A DNA stretch of 64,000 nt from Tubiluchus corallicola (lineage: Eukaryota; Animalia; Priapulida). This document shows, in pieces, positions 47,401-60,540 of this stretch (positions are counted from its first letter, which is position 1; every line of letters starts with the position of its first letter). The translations under genes and the position numbers were made by a program. Below the pieces are notes generated by a model that did no database searches, was not told the DNA's origin, and was given only the letters and a program-made list of their open reading frames with translations. Where the stretch lies: assembly GCA_030141605.1 (NCBI GenBank), contig JAQGDQ010000003.1, forward strand, positions 496,001-560,000. The letters run 5' to 3'.

Positions 47401-49438
47401 TTTTTTGAATTAAGTAAAAAACTCACTTGTATTCCCAGTCTAATTTTGACTTAAAAATTCTACTTTTATCCTTACTCATATTTACAATGATCTCGTTTAA
47501 TTACTATTTCTGCTCATTCTTTAACTTAGTTTACCAATTTGCTAAGCAGTTCACTTTAGAATTAAAACAGATACTCTACTCTAGTTTCATTTCAGAATTT
47601 CAGTAGATCCTGCTACAGAATTTAAGAAAAATGGATCCTGCTCAACGAAAAACTTTTTTGGATTTTGCGTATGCTGTGTTTAGTTTTCTACGTAATATGT
47701 TATTTTTAAGCAGAAACTTTTCAGTCTTTAACTCAAAAAAAGTTGTGGTGTGACAGCAAAATTTGACCTTATAAATCATGTAAAAGAAAATGTTTTTCTT
47801 AGTAAGTAGGCCAGCTCATTTGTGAATTCAGTGGTTATTTGCTTTCTAAATTAAAATGCTTGTATAACAATTTCAAACCATTTCCTTACTTCTAAGTATA
47901 ATAACAAACAATTTTAGCCGCTATCGTAGTCAAAATCATTTTATGATACAACTGAGAAATAATATAGACTTCAATGTAAAAAAACTGCATAAGGTTATTA
48001 TCAGAATATCGCAAAACATGTTCAGTTGATCTATGAAGATCCTGGAGGAAGATGCATTTCTGTTAACTCTAAAATGCAATAACACAACACCATGCTGCCA
48101 TCTACAGGAAAAAAATCAATAAGTAGCTAGAAATCATAAGTTCAATATTGCTATGGGAAACCATCTCACAGCAGCTAATACAATATTAAAAAGTATTAAG
48201 GTACTTCTGGTAAATAGTTGGTTGCATCAAATGAGTATAGTAAAAAGGTATAGTAAAAAAAAAGCAAAATATAGTAACAGTAACTTGTCATACTTTTGCA
48301 TGATGCTGAAGTCTGAAATAGTTGATTACGAGTTCTTGTTAGTTAGATCACTGCACTGCTTTTTACACATAACAGTTAAATGTACCAACACAGTGTTAAA
48401 AAATTAACATACAGGGCCACAAAAAGCTCAACAACGATGCAAAGAGTAATTCACATAGTATGTAAAAACTATGAGAGTGCAATGCGTATGATAAAAACAT
48501 TACACATGCAATACTTTTTTAATTTATTTGCATAATTAGCATTACATTTTGAAAATGCACACTACACGACAGAATAATAGCTGCAAAGGCAATACTTAAA
48601 TAATCAGTTAAATAACTAGTTATATGGCTGTTGGCAAATAAGTCTTTTCTATCAATTAATTTTGTCACAAGTCCATAAGCTTTCAAGTCTCAAATAAAGA
48701 ATGAGGAAAGAAAACGCTACTAAAATAATGCCATCACTGGAAATGTTGGGAGCAGTTTGGCACACTAGCTCACACACAGCACTTGTACTACATTGCATGC
48801 ATGAAATTACTTGAACACAAGTAAGGTATATGGGCTGCCTAAGTACCGCACTGAGTTTCATTATAGGTAAAACTATAGTTAATCAAATTTTAGCCAAGAA
48901 TTATTTGCTCACTCATTTCTTTGTAAAGTGTTGTAGTGCTTAAACAAGTGCATCTGAGCCACATTTAATGCTGCTTTATCTGTATAAATTGTACAGTTTG
49001 AGAGTCTAAGAACTTGAATTATTTACTGTGTCTTGTCTGACTCCTATTTGAATAAGAGTCAGGCGATATTTTTAATGGTAATAAACTATAAGAAAATGAA
49101 GTAGCTAGGCTTATTTTGCTCTAACAGTAGTCTTACTGACATAGGAAAACTGAGATCACAGCAACTGTCGCCAATAACTATGAGTAAAACTCTAAGTAAG
49201 CATAAAAACATGCTTTGCAAATTATTGCAAAAATGGTTTGCCAATTACTAGTATTGAAATAAAAACTGTATACAAGTACATGTGGCAGGCCAAATCATCC
49301 ACGAATTATAATACGCTTATCATGCACTTAAGTGCAACTAATTCATGCATGGGTCATAATGCAGAACACAAGCTAGTAATAAAACAGAACAACTCGATTA
49401 CCAGCCTGCAAATCTAAACCTCAAAAATTTATTTGTTT

Positions 49439-49660
49439 ACTTATTATAAAGGATTACAAAAGATGTGTGTCTATGTCTCTAGGCATCCCTCAGCTATTGG
49501 ACCTACACAGCTGAATCTTGTTACGCTGCAGAGTTTTTGTCAAGGTTGTGTAATATAACACAATCAAGAATACAGATAGTTCTAGCCCTCAAATATATCC
49601 AGAACCCCTCAATGGATTCAGTTAACGGATCTGCCTATTAAGCGGGTCACATGTTCTGGG
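49439..49660 (+). mobile_element. Degenerate short Helitron-like element
   Basis: 5' CTTATTATAAAG..TGTGTGTCTATGTC and 3' GCCTATTAAGCGGGTC..CTGG (decayed hairpin and CTAG). Confidence 0.3.
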
Positions 49661-52600
49661 TATCTCAAACTTACTTTCACTAACTTGCACTTTCATCATA
49701 TAGTTTTATGATTGAGGGCTGTATGCTCGGTGACCGTAGTGTCTTTCTCCAGCCCGTCTCTCTCATAAACTACTACTTTGCCACTAACACTTTGCTGTAT
49801 ATTGTTTTTTGTATGAGACAAATAAAAAACTCAATTCAATTTAATTCACTTCCAAAATGAAATGTTTGGTGAACAGGTCTACAGCTGCAGAATTTGACAC
49901 GCAGGCTTTGCTAAAGCAGCTTTACTTGAAACTCACTCCAAAAGGAATGTGCACAGGATGGTCTATTCGCGACTAGATCGAGTACTGGCGACCATTTCCT
50001 AGAATATATTAGGAAGCAAAGGGACAGGATGACAGACTAGTTATTCCAAATGCCATTAATACGTATATAAATGTTAGCAACTAGAACTGACTATCTTTCA
50101 CTACTTTACAATGGATAGGGCTACCAGAAACCAAGGAAACTTGCCATTAGGTGAAAATTTATTGTTATGTTACTGCACAAAAAAAAACAAGTAAGCACAC
50201 ACAAATGAATTAACTATAAACTGCGAGTCAATTATGACTTGGCAAACCAACCAGCAACATATGGTAATTCGATTTGTTTATTATGTATGACCTATCTTGT
50301 TATTCAGTCTAGAGATATAATATTATGATATTTACCCTAGTATTTCTGGAGCGAAATAAATTGATATGATTTCTAAAAGTAATACAACTCTGCCCAATGC
50401 CAGAACTATTAGTATTACTATTATTTTTACCTACTAGTACTATGTTATACTTACACTAACTGTGACTAACAGACTTTCTCCAGTTTACCTATTCCTAATT
50501 TTTGACAGACAAATTTATCAGGTAAAGCCTAGAATTTTCTTTTCACGATGCAGCAGATACAAGTCACACAGCAATAATAGTGAATGTCAACACGATTTCG
50601 ACGAAATAACATTAATTGCAGGACAAACACTAAGCAGTCTGTCAAATTGAACAAAGAAACAAGTGAACTGCAAAATTTTCCTTTTGCAATACGGGAAATC
50701 TTACTTGCCTGCAAGTACAAGTCACTGCCGTTTGCTGGCGTGGCATTACGACCATAATGATAGCATAATTTACGTGACATATCCAAGTCCGATATGAAGA
50801 AAAAATAGCACACCTCCCGTTCCGTTCTGTTGCCGACGTACATCAAAGCGATTGTTTATACCGTAAGAAAACACTCTTTACAAAATAAATATTGAAAAAT
50901 TCGTCTTGAAATATCACTTTATTACATGCTGTTTTATTGCATACTAGATTGTGTAGGCAGTAGCCTGTACTAACTTGCAGCTCATAAAAATCGTATAATC
51001 TTTTACTAATCACACATCCGTATAATCATTGCCATACCGCATAATATGGTTGTGGCCGTTAGCAAGTGGATTTCATTTTTGAAGGGAATAGGCTAACGTG
51101 AGGATTTTTACAGTATTACATAAATCGCGTATTTGCAATAATTATAATCATTGCTGAAGCAAAAGAAGTGAGGCTAGAAGCATAATACAAGATTGCGATG
51201 TCACGACTTCAAGTCGAAACCACACGTGCACAAACATCCCAGAATATGAGTGGACCTTTACTGCACTACGTTCCTAAAATGACTCTGCGCACCATTCTTA
51301 TGGGGAATGTTTATCTTTGCTATAATGTAAATCTTTAGAATAGCGCTGGATTTTTATAACTGTCGACACGTTTTATGAGAGGGTGTCGATGGGCCTTTCT
51401 TACCCACTCTGAAGTTTTTATGGCCCAGTTGATTGTTGTCCACAAATCGTCTATTTTACATTCCTGAAGTAAATTTGTTATCAGACTTAAATGTCATATT
51501 TATATGAATTATTATGAAGAAAACATTTCTCCCTCATAGTTGTTTTACGCCTTGTGATTTGACATAACTCGAGGTTTGAGCAATAATGAAGCAAACGCAA
51601 GATGGGTAACTGAGAAGCTGAACACATCTCAGCTAGGTCGCGATCGCCATTCTTGCGACAAGATTAATCGTATTGATCTAGCGCCCTCTGAGCAAACACG
51701 CTAATTGACCTTTGGGTCGCCTACAACTACTCAAGCCTATGGAGCTTATCTAGCGCGGCGTGATGTGTTAAGATTTCAAAGCCATACAAAGCCATGACGA
51801 AAATGTGAAACAGCTTTAACTGCCTGTAAAAGTTCTTTGTATGCTGCACAGCAGTTTCATGCATGGTGTCAAACTAGACTAACATGTCCCAAAACATGTC
51901 CTTGAGCATCGATCTTAAAGGAGGCTAATGCTGTCACTAGCACAAATGCAAGTATAAAGTCATATTTGAAGTTTTGAGACTGCTATGCCTCACACCACAA
52001 AAATGGTTGATTTTCGGGTTACTCACTAGGGAAATAACTCTATAAAGCCATCTTTTTCGCCGTGGTGCCTGTTTTGTTCTCGTTCAGGTTACACTAAACT
52101 TTGCCATTTACTCACCGTAAACACGGGTAACTATGAAGTAGAATGTTCGCCTATTATTACGATCATTTCAAGAGCAGAAAGCAAAGACTACATAGAATGT
52201 TCTGGTATTATTGATCATCAGCAGACAATTTATTTGTCGTTTCACGCAGGGTCTCAACATTTTGCAATTTTTTTCTTGTTGTCGCACTTGTTTTGTGGTA
52301 TGTTGAGAGTGATATCCTGTTTTGTGGCTGGGGTGGGCTGGTTTTTTGCATCATTGTGCTGTGTTGTCGAACGATTTAAAAGAACTGGGGCATCTAAAGT
52401 TTACACATTTACAAATACACGCAAGCAAAACATGCATGCGTGCATTGCGTGTGCATATGCGGGAGGTGGGTAACCCAAACCTTGCATTTCTGACTAGTTA
52501 CAGGTAAGCTCACGATCAAGACGCATCTTTGGCAAAATCGTGAATGGGTCGAGGACAGTAAGTGCAGACATCTCTGTATGACTTAGACGTAGAAAAGCTA

Positions 52601-52748
52601 CGAAAATTTACTCGAGTTCCGACCCAGAGACAAGTTTGAACTAGCTTCAATTTTAGCAGGATCAATTCTTTTTGCGTGAGTAAGAACTTATAAATAAAAA
52701 TGAAAGTGTTGTAGGGGTCTTGTCATCCGAATGAGTCATAATTCTAAT

Positions 52749-53161
52749 CACGGGCGTTATCAAGACATTACGACGCCCTACGTTAATAGTTCCATTCACC
52801 AATGTCTATTATGGGCTTATATGTAATGGCCAGTGTAAAATTATTTGTGGTGTATTAGTGGCACTATAACCTAAGCTAAGCACTTACATGATTACTGTTA
52901 ATTACTGTACGTATATTTGTATAGAACTTATTTCCAAGAAGGCTGCGCAGCTGCTTGTGGCATAGTACCTTTCACGAAATAATACTCACTAACTGCTTGT
53001 AGTGTGTTATAAAATACGCGCTTTATTTGAATATGAAAGGACTGATAATCATTTTCTGATGAAAATAAGAATTTTTAACACTGGTCCCTAAAATCTGGTA
53101 CCCTTCAAAATGCGGCGCCCTATACTGAAACTTAGTTAGCGTATTGGTAAATACGCCCCTG
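52749..53161. mobile_element. hAT-type MITE with 8-bp target-site duplication
   Basis: Termini CACGGGCGT...ACGCCCCTG, subterminal (G/A)CGCCCTA motifs, flanked by ATTCTAAT (52741-52748) and ATTCTAGT (53162-53169). Confidence 0.75.
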
Positions 53162-54544
53162 ATTCTAGTTTTTTTTTTGTAATTTGCTTATCCTATCCAA
53201 GGTAATATCATATTGGATAAAGTTCATCTTCTGGCAGTTTGGTACTTCCATTGTTTTTTGGGTCATAATTTCCTGGTAGAACACATCGCATGTACATGAT
53301 CACTGCAAAGCGTTAGGGTCAGAGGGTAAAGTGTCATGAACCCTATGATGCAGTCATGGCATTTGTTAAATAATGAAGATAGTATGTGCTTTGACTACAC
53401 TTGTCTTTCAGTTGCGCAGGTACGTATTCACAGCATACGACACACTTCTATGTCTGCAGCGCGCTAATTTACCTGGGCTGATTATTGACACTATGTGAGA
53501 AGACACTACCTACATGATATTCTGTCAATGTGACAAGACAACTTCAATCACGAAATCTTATTATCGCCTGCTTATTTCTGAACTAATTTAGGCGGGTAAT
53601 TAATTACGCTTGTATTGAAGGTGTTCGCATTGTATAGGAATATTGGGTAAGGTGGATGCGAGTCTGCGAATATCATTAACTTGCACAGCTTGCCATGAGA
53701 TCGTTGACAGCATACGTTGTTTTGGAAAGTTTATGCTGTAAAATTCAGGTAAGTTATCTACTTCAATGTTAAGTTTTCTAATATGAAATGTCATTTTAAG
53801 CAAAAAAAAGATTAGGCGTTAAAATGAAGTAAAGTAAACTAAGCCATTAAAGCAAATTAATTACTCAGCAAAGAAAATAGTGACGACTTGGCATATAATA
53901 AGCCTAGTGAACAGGGTGTCAGGAAATGAAGCCTCTTACACTTAAAAGTTATCTCTGATAGAGATGTATACGTATTTTTTAGTATTTTATCATGATATTA
54001 TTTCTCATTTGATGTGTTTTTATTCTTTCTACTTCTTATTGCCTGAAATAAAAATCAACGAAGTTCTTGAAGAAATGCGTCATGACCTCATTTCAGTTTA
54101 AACTTTTTATTGGATTTATAATGGATTTACAAAACAGACTGCGTCAGAAACAGGTATCTTCACTCTGCAAGTGCTAAGTGCAAAATGCTAATAAAAGAAT
54201 ATAGGGCTTCACTACTAATATCACACTTGATTTGATAAAACAATTGATCAATTACAATCAGCAGATGGTGATTAAACTTACAAACATGAACAATAAAAAA
54301 GACAACATTTTAATAATATCAGTAAAAATAAGAATACATTTACAAAGTAAGTTGGCTGGTTAACCATCTCACAGTAAATTCCAGTATATTGTAAAGCGAA
54401 AGGTTGATTTAATAAACTGTTGTAATGAATTATGGGGATAATAACAGAAGAGGAGATTAAGAGAGGGAGAGGATGGGAGAGGAGAGGAAGGGAGAGAGGC
54501 AAAGATGGAGAAACAAACAGAGAAAGAAAATCGAAGGCTTTATC

Positions 54545-54910
54545 TTACTAAAACAGCAGATTTAGCAACGAATGAAGTAACCGTGATTTTTCTGTTAAGA
54601 ATTCATAAGGTCGTCTTATAAGGTGACTTGGTCCGTGCGTATTTGTTAGTCTACTACCATCGCTAAAATTAATGGTTAAAAGGAAGATGAACACGAGGTG
54701 GAACATTCGTGCATTATTGGTTATAAATCTGTTTAATGAACAAGTATTTAGTGAGTCTTTTGCTAGTCTACATAATACCGATACAGGTACATTTTCTTAT
54801 GTGTTCTTGTTTATCTTTGTGTTAATTTTTTAATCAAAAGAATTAGACGAATAAGTTTAGTATTGTTCGGCTTTGGCAGAGATCTGCTTCCTACTGAGCG
54901 CATTCTAGTT
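54545..54910 (+). mobile_element. Non-autonomous Helentron/HINE-like element, copy 2
   Basis: 3' end GGCAGAGATCTGCTTCCTACTGAGCGCATTCTAGTT; diverged inverted copy of 13118-13503. Confidence 0.6.
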
Positions 54911-55605
54911 TTTATTACAGATATCAGTTACATCAAAATAACATATGTGCGCCTTTTTTCTACTTATCCATTTGTGTAATTTTTCCTGTGCCATTTTTAC
55001 CTGTGCCATTTTACCGCGCATGCAAATATTTTAAATTATTAAGAATTTTCCTTTCCCGTTGTACAAGTCTTTCGAACAGGTAGCGTAAGCGTAATGCTAA
55101 GTAATATAACTTTGTTTGTAAAGCTTTTTTGAAATATACTTAAAAATTCCCTTTTCTTTCTCTTTAGCCATCATATAGTGAAAAACATCTGGTTATAAAG
55201 AAATTGAATAAAATTTAATTACTAACAGCAGCAGAATTTGTTAGGTTTGAATCCATTCCCCAATTGTTTTCCACAGAAAAACCATTCCAAACACAGTTTA
55301 ACAATCGAGAATTTCTCGAAATGGAACTGGAACTAATCGTAGTTGTTTGTCCAGGTGGAGATAACAAAAAATAACTAATGAACACTATCTCTGAGACCTC
55401 CACGAAATGCTTCACGAATGTTTTTTGTACGTAGTGTTCGGCCAAGTTTTGTGGAAAAAGAACTGGCGAAAAGATTCAGAATTTGGCATCCTATACCCGC
55501 CTTTCTTCGCAAAATTTTTTGGAAATCTGTTAGATAGTTTTTGCGTAATAGGTTTATGTCATAACAGACAAAAAACCAAACAAACTGTGTTGATGAATAA
55601 CTTCC

Positions 55606-55812
55606 TTGGCAGAGGTAAAAATTGCTAAATTAATTATCCCTTACTGTAACCCTAACCTAACCCTAAACACATATTTAACTAAGCGTGCCATTTTTTCCTG
55701 TGCCATTTTTACCCACTTTTCCATTTGTGCCATTTTTACTGTTCCATTTTTTCTTGTGCCATTTTTCCTTTGTCATTTTATATGTGACATATTTACTTGC
55801 CCTGTGTGAACC
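55606..55812 (+). repeat. Same dispersed repeat family (CCCTAA tract plus tandem TGTGCCATTTTT units)
   Basis: AACCCTAACCTAACCCTAA followed by about 7 TGTGCCATTTTT-like units. Confidence 0.7.
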
Positions 55813-56897
55813 ACCAATTCACCAAAAAACACATTATTGATCTTACTGACAATATCATATAATTTATACTTTCGCTTAGTTAGCAAAGAAGGTGCTACGA
55901 ATGCTGTGATTATATTATTTTTTCAAACCTCACGCAATGTTATTTAAACTTTTCAAACGTCTTATCGTCAAAATGGCTGCGCCTAACGGTTATCGTTGGA
56001 ATTTAAATTACCAAGTTTTATACAGTTGCTAACACAACTGTTACACAAGCCCTGTGTACAATAAGACAGCATGTAACTGATACAAAATTTAAAGACGAGT
56101 TTTTTACGCTTTACTTATGACGAATGTTTTCTTAATTGTGCCTTAAATTTATAAATAAAGATGCTGTTCGACTAGCACAAGATTTGAAATGTTTTTTTAT
56201 TTGAAAACAATGACGTACCTACTATCTCGGAAAAAGCCCTCATTATTTTGATATTATGGCGAAATGTTAGAAAATGGTAAAGACGTCACATGCACGTGCA
56301 ATGCTGTATTAATTAAAGCAAACATGAAAATGTATTAAGAATAATGATTTACGATTGTCAGCAAGCAGCTGCTCTGACGCTTAGACGCTTAACCTATAAT
56401 TAATCCTTTTAACTAGCCTATATCCGACCAGTTTATTTGTGTAAAATAATTTACAATGATTACTACTAAAATTTATGCTATACTGCATTGTGTAAACGTC
56501 TAGCTAGCAGGTAATAACGTAACCGCTAAAAAAGGAACAACCACAAAACACATCAAGGAGGTTCTCCGGGTTATTTGTTTACAGTTACTTGAGAAGAGGA
56601 TCTGCAGAGACACGCACTACCAATATACATATCTCAAAGGGTGGCTGTATATAAATTATGTTGAAATGCAGGTATAAATGCAACTTCAGCGCTATTTTAC
56701 TTGTCTTCCCCCGCCCCTCCCCCTTACAGGAGAACCTGAAAACATCTTCATGTGGTGATGTCTGGAAGGTTGACTGGTTTTGTCTTTATGAGGTGATTCG
56801 TTCATTGGGGATCTTTTCTGCTCTATTTGCGTAGTCGGACAGCGCATTGATTAGCATAATGTATAGCATTTTGTCTTTGCAAAGAAATTTTCAAATA

Positions 56898-57245
56898 TAA
56901 TTATTATTAACGTGATCATCATCATCATCATCAACACAATCATCATAATCATAATCATTGCTATCCTAGTCGTCGTCGTCGTCATTATAATTTTTAATGG
57001 AAAGTTAGAAATTTTGCTATTCAGTATTGAAAGGCTCAGTATTCAGCATTTTAAATTTCTGTTATTTTGTTATTCGATATTGAAAGGCTTCAGTATTCAG
57101 CATTTTAAATTTCTGTTGCTATTGTTGTTGCAGTTGTTGCTGCTGATGCTGTTGTTGTTTTTGTTGTGGTTGTTGTTGTTGTTGTTGTTTGCTGCTGCTG
57201 CTGCTTCCGCTGCTGCTGCTGTTGCTGCTATCATTGCTATTGTTT
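56898..57245. repeat. Compound trinucleotide microsatellite (ATT/CAT/GTC/GTT/GCT) with an internal duplication of about 37 bp
   Basis: Directly visible runs; TTGAAAGGCT(T)CAGTATTCAGCATTTTAAATTTCTGTT occurs twice. Confidence 0.9.
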
Positions 57246-57936
57246 GTAGTTCCTGCTTTGTAGTAATGACAGATGTGTTTGCTAAGCCAGGAATTAAGCT
57301 TTGATGGATTTCTGTACATGGACGGTAGTTTTACAGCACCCTCAACATTCGGCAGACGAACAATAATTCCCGATCCGCGAACAGTAATCGATAAGTAATA
57401 AAAGTGCCAACATTGTCAAAAAATATTGATGATGTGTATTGTAATTACATTGTACCGGCATTTTCAAAAGCGACCATCAAAAGGAACTTATTCATACCTG
57501 TTGACAAAATTTTCTGTTTGATTGTCTTGTAAAAATCCGGTGCATGTAATTTGTCAAATATAATAGTAACAGTAAATCGGGTTAATTGACAATTCTGAGC
57601 CTCAATCTTGTGGGTTTAAGCTAATTTACGAGCAGATAATCTTTTATGAGTGACTGTGACAGCCGTTAATTAACCACAGATTAACTGTAAACAGTGTTTA
57701 CTTCTACAGAGCTTTAATTATCTGAGATGTAGAAAAACTGTCAGAGGAAAAGTTAATGCTTCCGGAAAATTTGTACTTATCTTACTGCTGAGGAAAATTA
57801 ATGTTATTTGACCAATATAAGCGGACTGTTGGTTTGTCTGACTGAAATTTGAAAAATTAATAACGTTTGCTGGATCAACGCCTTATCCTTTTGCAATGCC
57901 AATCCGAACTGAGCAACATTTGTACCTCTACCTCAG

Positions 57937-58135
57937 CTAAAAGGGGGAAATTTCTTTACAAAGAGCCGAGCTCATTGAGAGCCCTGTAAACAAAGTACCA
58001 CATTTTGCGATTAGAAAGGCTACAACAACACATTCTGAAAACACAACAGATACTGAAATTACACAATGAGCAGTTTTTATTAAAGCAGACGACTTGCAGA
58101 ATGTCGAACTGCATAAGAAAGAAACGTACATAAAG
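57937..58135 (+). other. Candidate 5' UTR exon of the Amt gene
   Basis: TTTGTACCTCTACCTCAG acceptor and AAAG|GTATTG donor, giving a 137-nt TG-rich intron to the 58273 acceptor. Confidence 0.35.
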
Positions 58136-58291
58136 GTATTGAACTGGATGGCATTGTTTGTTTGCTTATGTGTATGCATGTTTGTTTGTTTATTTGTTTT
58201 CTGTGACTCTACATTTTGTACCACAGATAACTGTAACACATTATGCTGTACTTAGATTTTGTCATTACGCAGATAAAAAGAACAATTTACA

Positions 58292-58484
58292 ATGACAACT
58301 CAGCTGAATTTGGCCGATGATGACTACTTATATGAAGTAGAATACGTCATGGTAAATGTGAGCAGTTCAGGTACAGTAGCAGTACCTATAGCCAGATACA
58401 GCTCCCGAGGAACTGGACAGACAACATGGGATGATGCCACATGGATTCTCACGAGCTCCTTCATCATTTTTACGATGCAGTCAG
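58292..58484 (+). CDS. Amt: Ammonium transporter (Amt/Mep family, invertebrate Amt-3-like), first coding exon
   Basis: MTTQ...TWDDATWILTSSFIIFTMQSG is the Amt TM1 signature (D.xW....xxxF.MQ.GF); acceptor TACGCAG at 58272, donor CAG|GTACGG after 58484 (phase 1); N-terminal NVS sequon. Remaining exons lie beyond the window. Confidence 0.9.
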
Positions 58485-58614
58485 GTACGGGAGACCAGTA
58501 TTGTTGAATATCATGCAACGATTGTAACTTTGTATAATGTGATTGTGTACTTTCTGTGTTAGAATTAGTCAATCAGGAAGTGTTAAACACAGAGATATCT
58601 ATATTTACCACATC

Positions 58615-58747
58615 TCTCGGAAAGGTCGCAGGAATAAGGTCAATTAATTTTGGCTAAGGTTAGGGATTAGGGTTATGGTTACGGTTAGGAATAGGGTTAT
58701 TTCTTTTTACACGTGGCTTTTTTCCTGTGACTTTTTTACTCAGATTC
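58615..58747. repeat. Related short element with degenerate TTAGGG tract
   Basis: GGTTAGGGATTAGGGTTATGGTTACGGTTAGGAATAGGGTTA flanked by imperfect inverted 15-mer-type repeats. Confidence 0.55.
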
Positions 58748-58868
58748 GACAAAACAATACCTATTCTCTTACCTGGTGCATTCGCGCTAAGCACTTTATT
58801 ATAATTTTCTACTGCCGTGTTCAACAGTTGCATACTTTAAAATTCAGTAGTGGCTATAATGACTGGAC

Positions 58869-58870
<2 letters not shown>

Positions 58871-58964
<94 letters not shown>

Positions 58965-59058
58965 GTAGAAGTATTAAGAAGAAAGAAGAGAGAGTGAATT
59001 ATTATGCCTGGCGTCCGTAAAGAAGGAAAGATAGGCGGAGGGAAAGCAAGCGAGAAGG
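58871..59058 (+). repeat. (GA)45 microsatellite plus dispersed repeat, copy 2
   Basis: Pure GA run 58871-58960 followed by about 100 bp shared with 29241-29340 (inverted). Confidence 0.9.
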
Positions 59059-60094
59059 AAACAAAAAAAAAACAGAACGAAAGATCTGTAATAACAATGG
59101 TGATAGCGATAATAACTTTTTTGAACGTAGGTATTCACTTGGAAAATAATTCACACGGTTCAGTTAGCTTGATTATAAATAAAGGTTATTCTTGCAATGG
59201 GCTTAATTATATAGAGCTCACACTATATTATAGCCTCGGGCAGGCAGTTTTCATAATTGCGGGACTAAACAAAAAGGTTATTTGATCGCACGTTAGTTGC
59301 ATGATCACGTTGTCATGTCCCTGCGGGTTGCTCGGTCATTATCTTCGTCTTCTGAGATTGTGAAGAACTTCTTGGTACATTCAGAAATTGTAGGAAACTG
59401 CAAACGCAAATATAATCATCGAGAGATGAATAGCGGAATTCAACTGCAATGCCAAAAGGAAAGAAAATAGCTTCAAAAATAAGAACAATTCCAAAATCAG
59501 CACATTTACGTGAACAAGATGTGTGAAGGCAGATTTGTGTGCCCATATTTGTTAATTATGGCTATGGGTAATTACGGCTTTTCCGTGAAAAATAGACGGT
59601 GTTTTTTCTAATTACTTATGCGGGATACATTTTGTAATCAAAACTTGTATATATTGGAAAACCTTATTCATGAAAATCAGATGTGTAGATTGCAGCACAG
59701 TACTTAGCATAAGTGTTGTATTTATTTATTTATTTAATTCTTGAATTTCTATCGTACACAACACACAGTTCCAAATTAAAATAGGCGACATATATTAGAA
59801 GATTAAAAAAGATATAATACTATATTAAAAACATGCACGGACTATAAACGTCTATACAAGAGAGAGTTAATTTGTAGGTAAATAATTTAAAACACGTCAT
59901 TAATTGCATTGCCTTGAAATTCCTCTGCACATTTGCTTCATACATTTTTTTAATCGCAGTAGTTGATTCATATTGGTTATCTTGCACATTGTTCAGAATG
60001 ACTACAAATTTTACTCACTTTTTAGTTGCGCAACCGATTATTAAATTATACTTATATTTCTTGACACTTAACAGTCTCCTTGCGAAATTAATTG

Positions 60095-60102
60095 CTCTCT
60101 CT

Positions 60103-60180
<78 letters not shown>
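60095..60180. repeat. (CT)n microsatellite, about 43 units
   Basis: Directly visible, one interruption at 60107-60110. Confidence 0.95.
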
Positions 60181-60182
<2 letters not shown>

Positions 60183-60540
60183 GCATGTGCAAACTTATGT
60201 GCAAATCTATTAAGAAATCTCGAGTCGATTTTCAGTGTTTTCTAGTGGAAATTTTATGTGCTACTTAATATATTTTGTATGAGTGTGTGTATAAAGCGCC
60301 AGAGAAACTGAAGGTAATAAAATTTTGGAACAATAAACTGCGGTTTAAAAAATATAAACGAAAAACTATCATAAATATATCCAAAGTTTTGGCAAGAATC
60401 GAAATTACACACAAGTCGCATTTAGTTATAGCTATTGTGCTAGTGAATAGGCCTAAATTGGCCTATTCTCTGTTAATGAGATCACCTGGCCGCAGACTGG
60501 TCGTGAAATAGACACAAACTGGTTTCTCCTGATTGCCTAA

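Noticed and set aside
56912-57319. Hydrophobic 130-aa ORF and poly-Q/S ORF
   Set aside because: Both are translations of trinucleotide microsatellites
59914-60213. 99-aa ORF with SLSL run
   Set aside because: Translation of the (CT)n microsatellite
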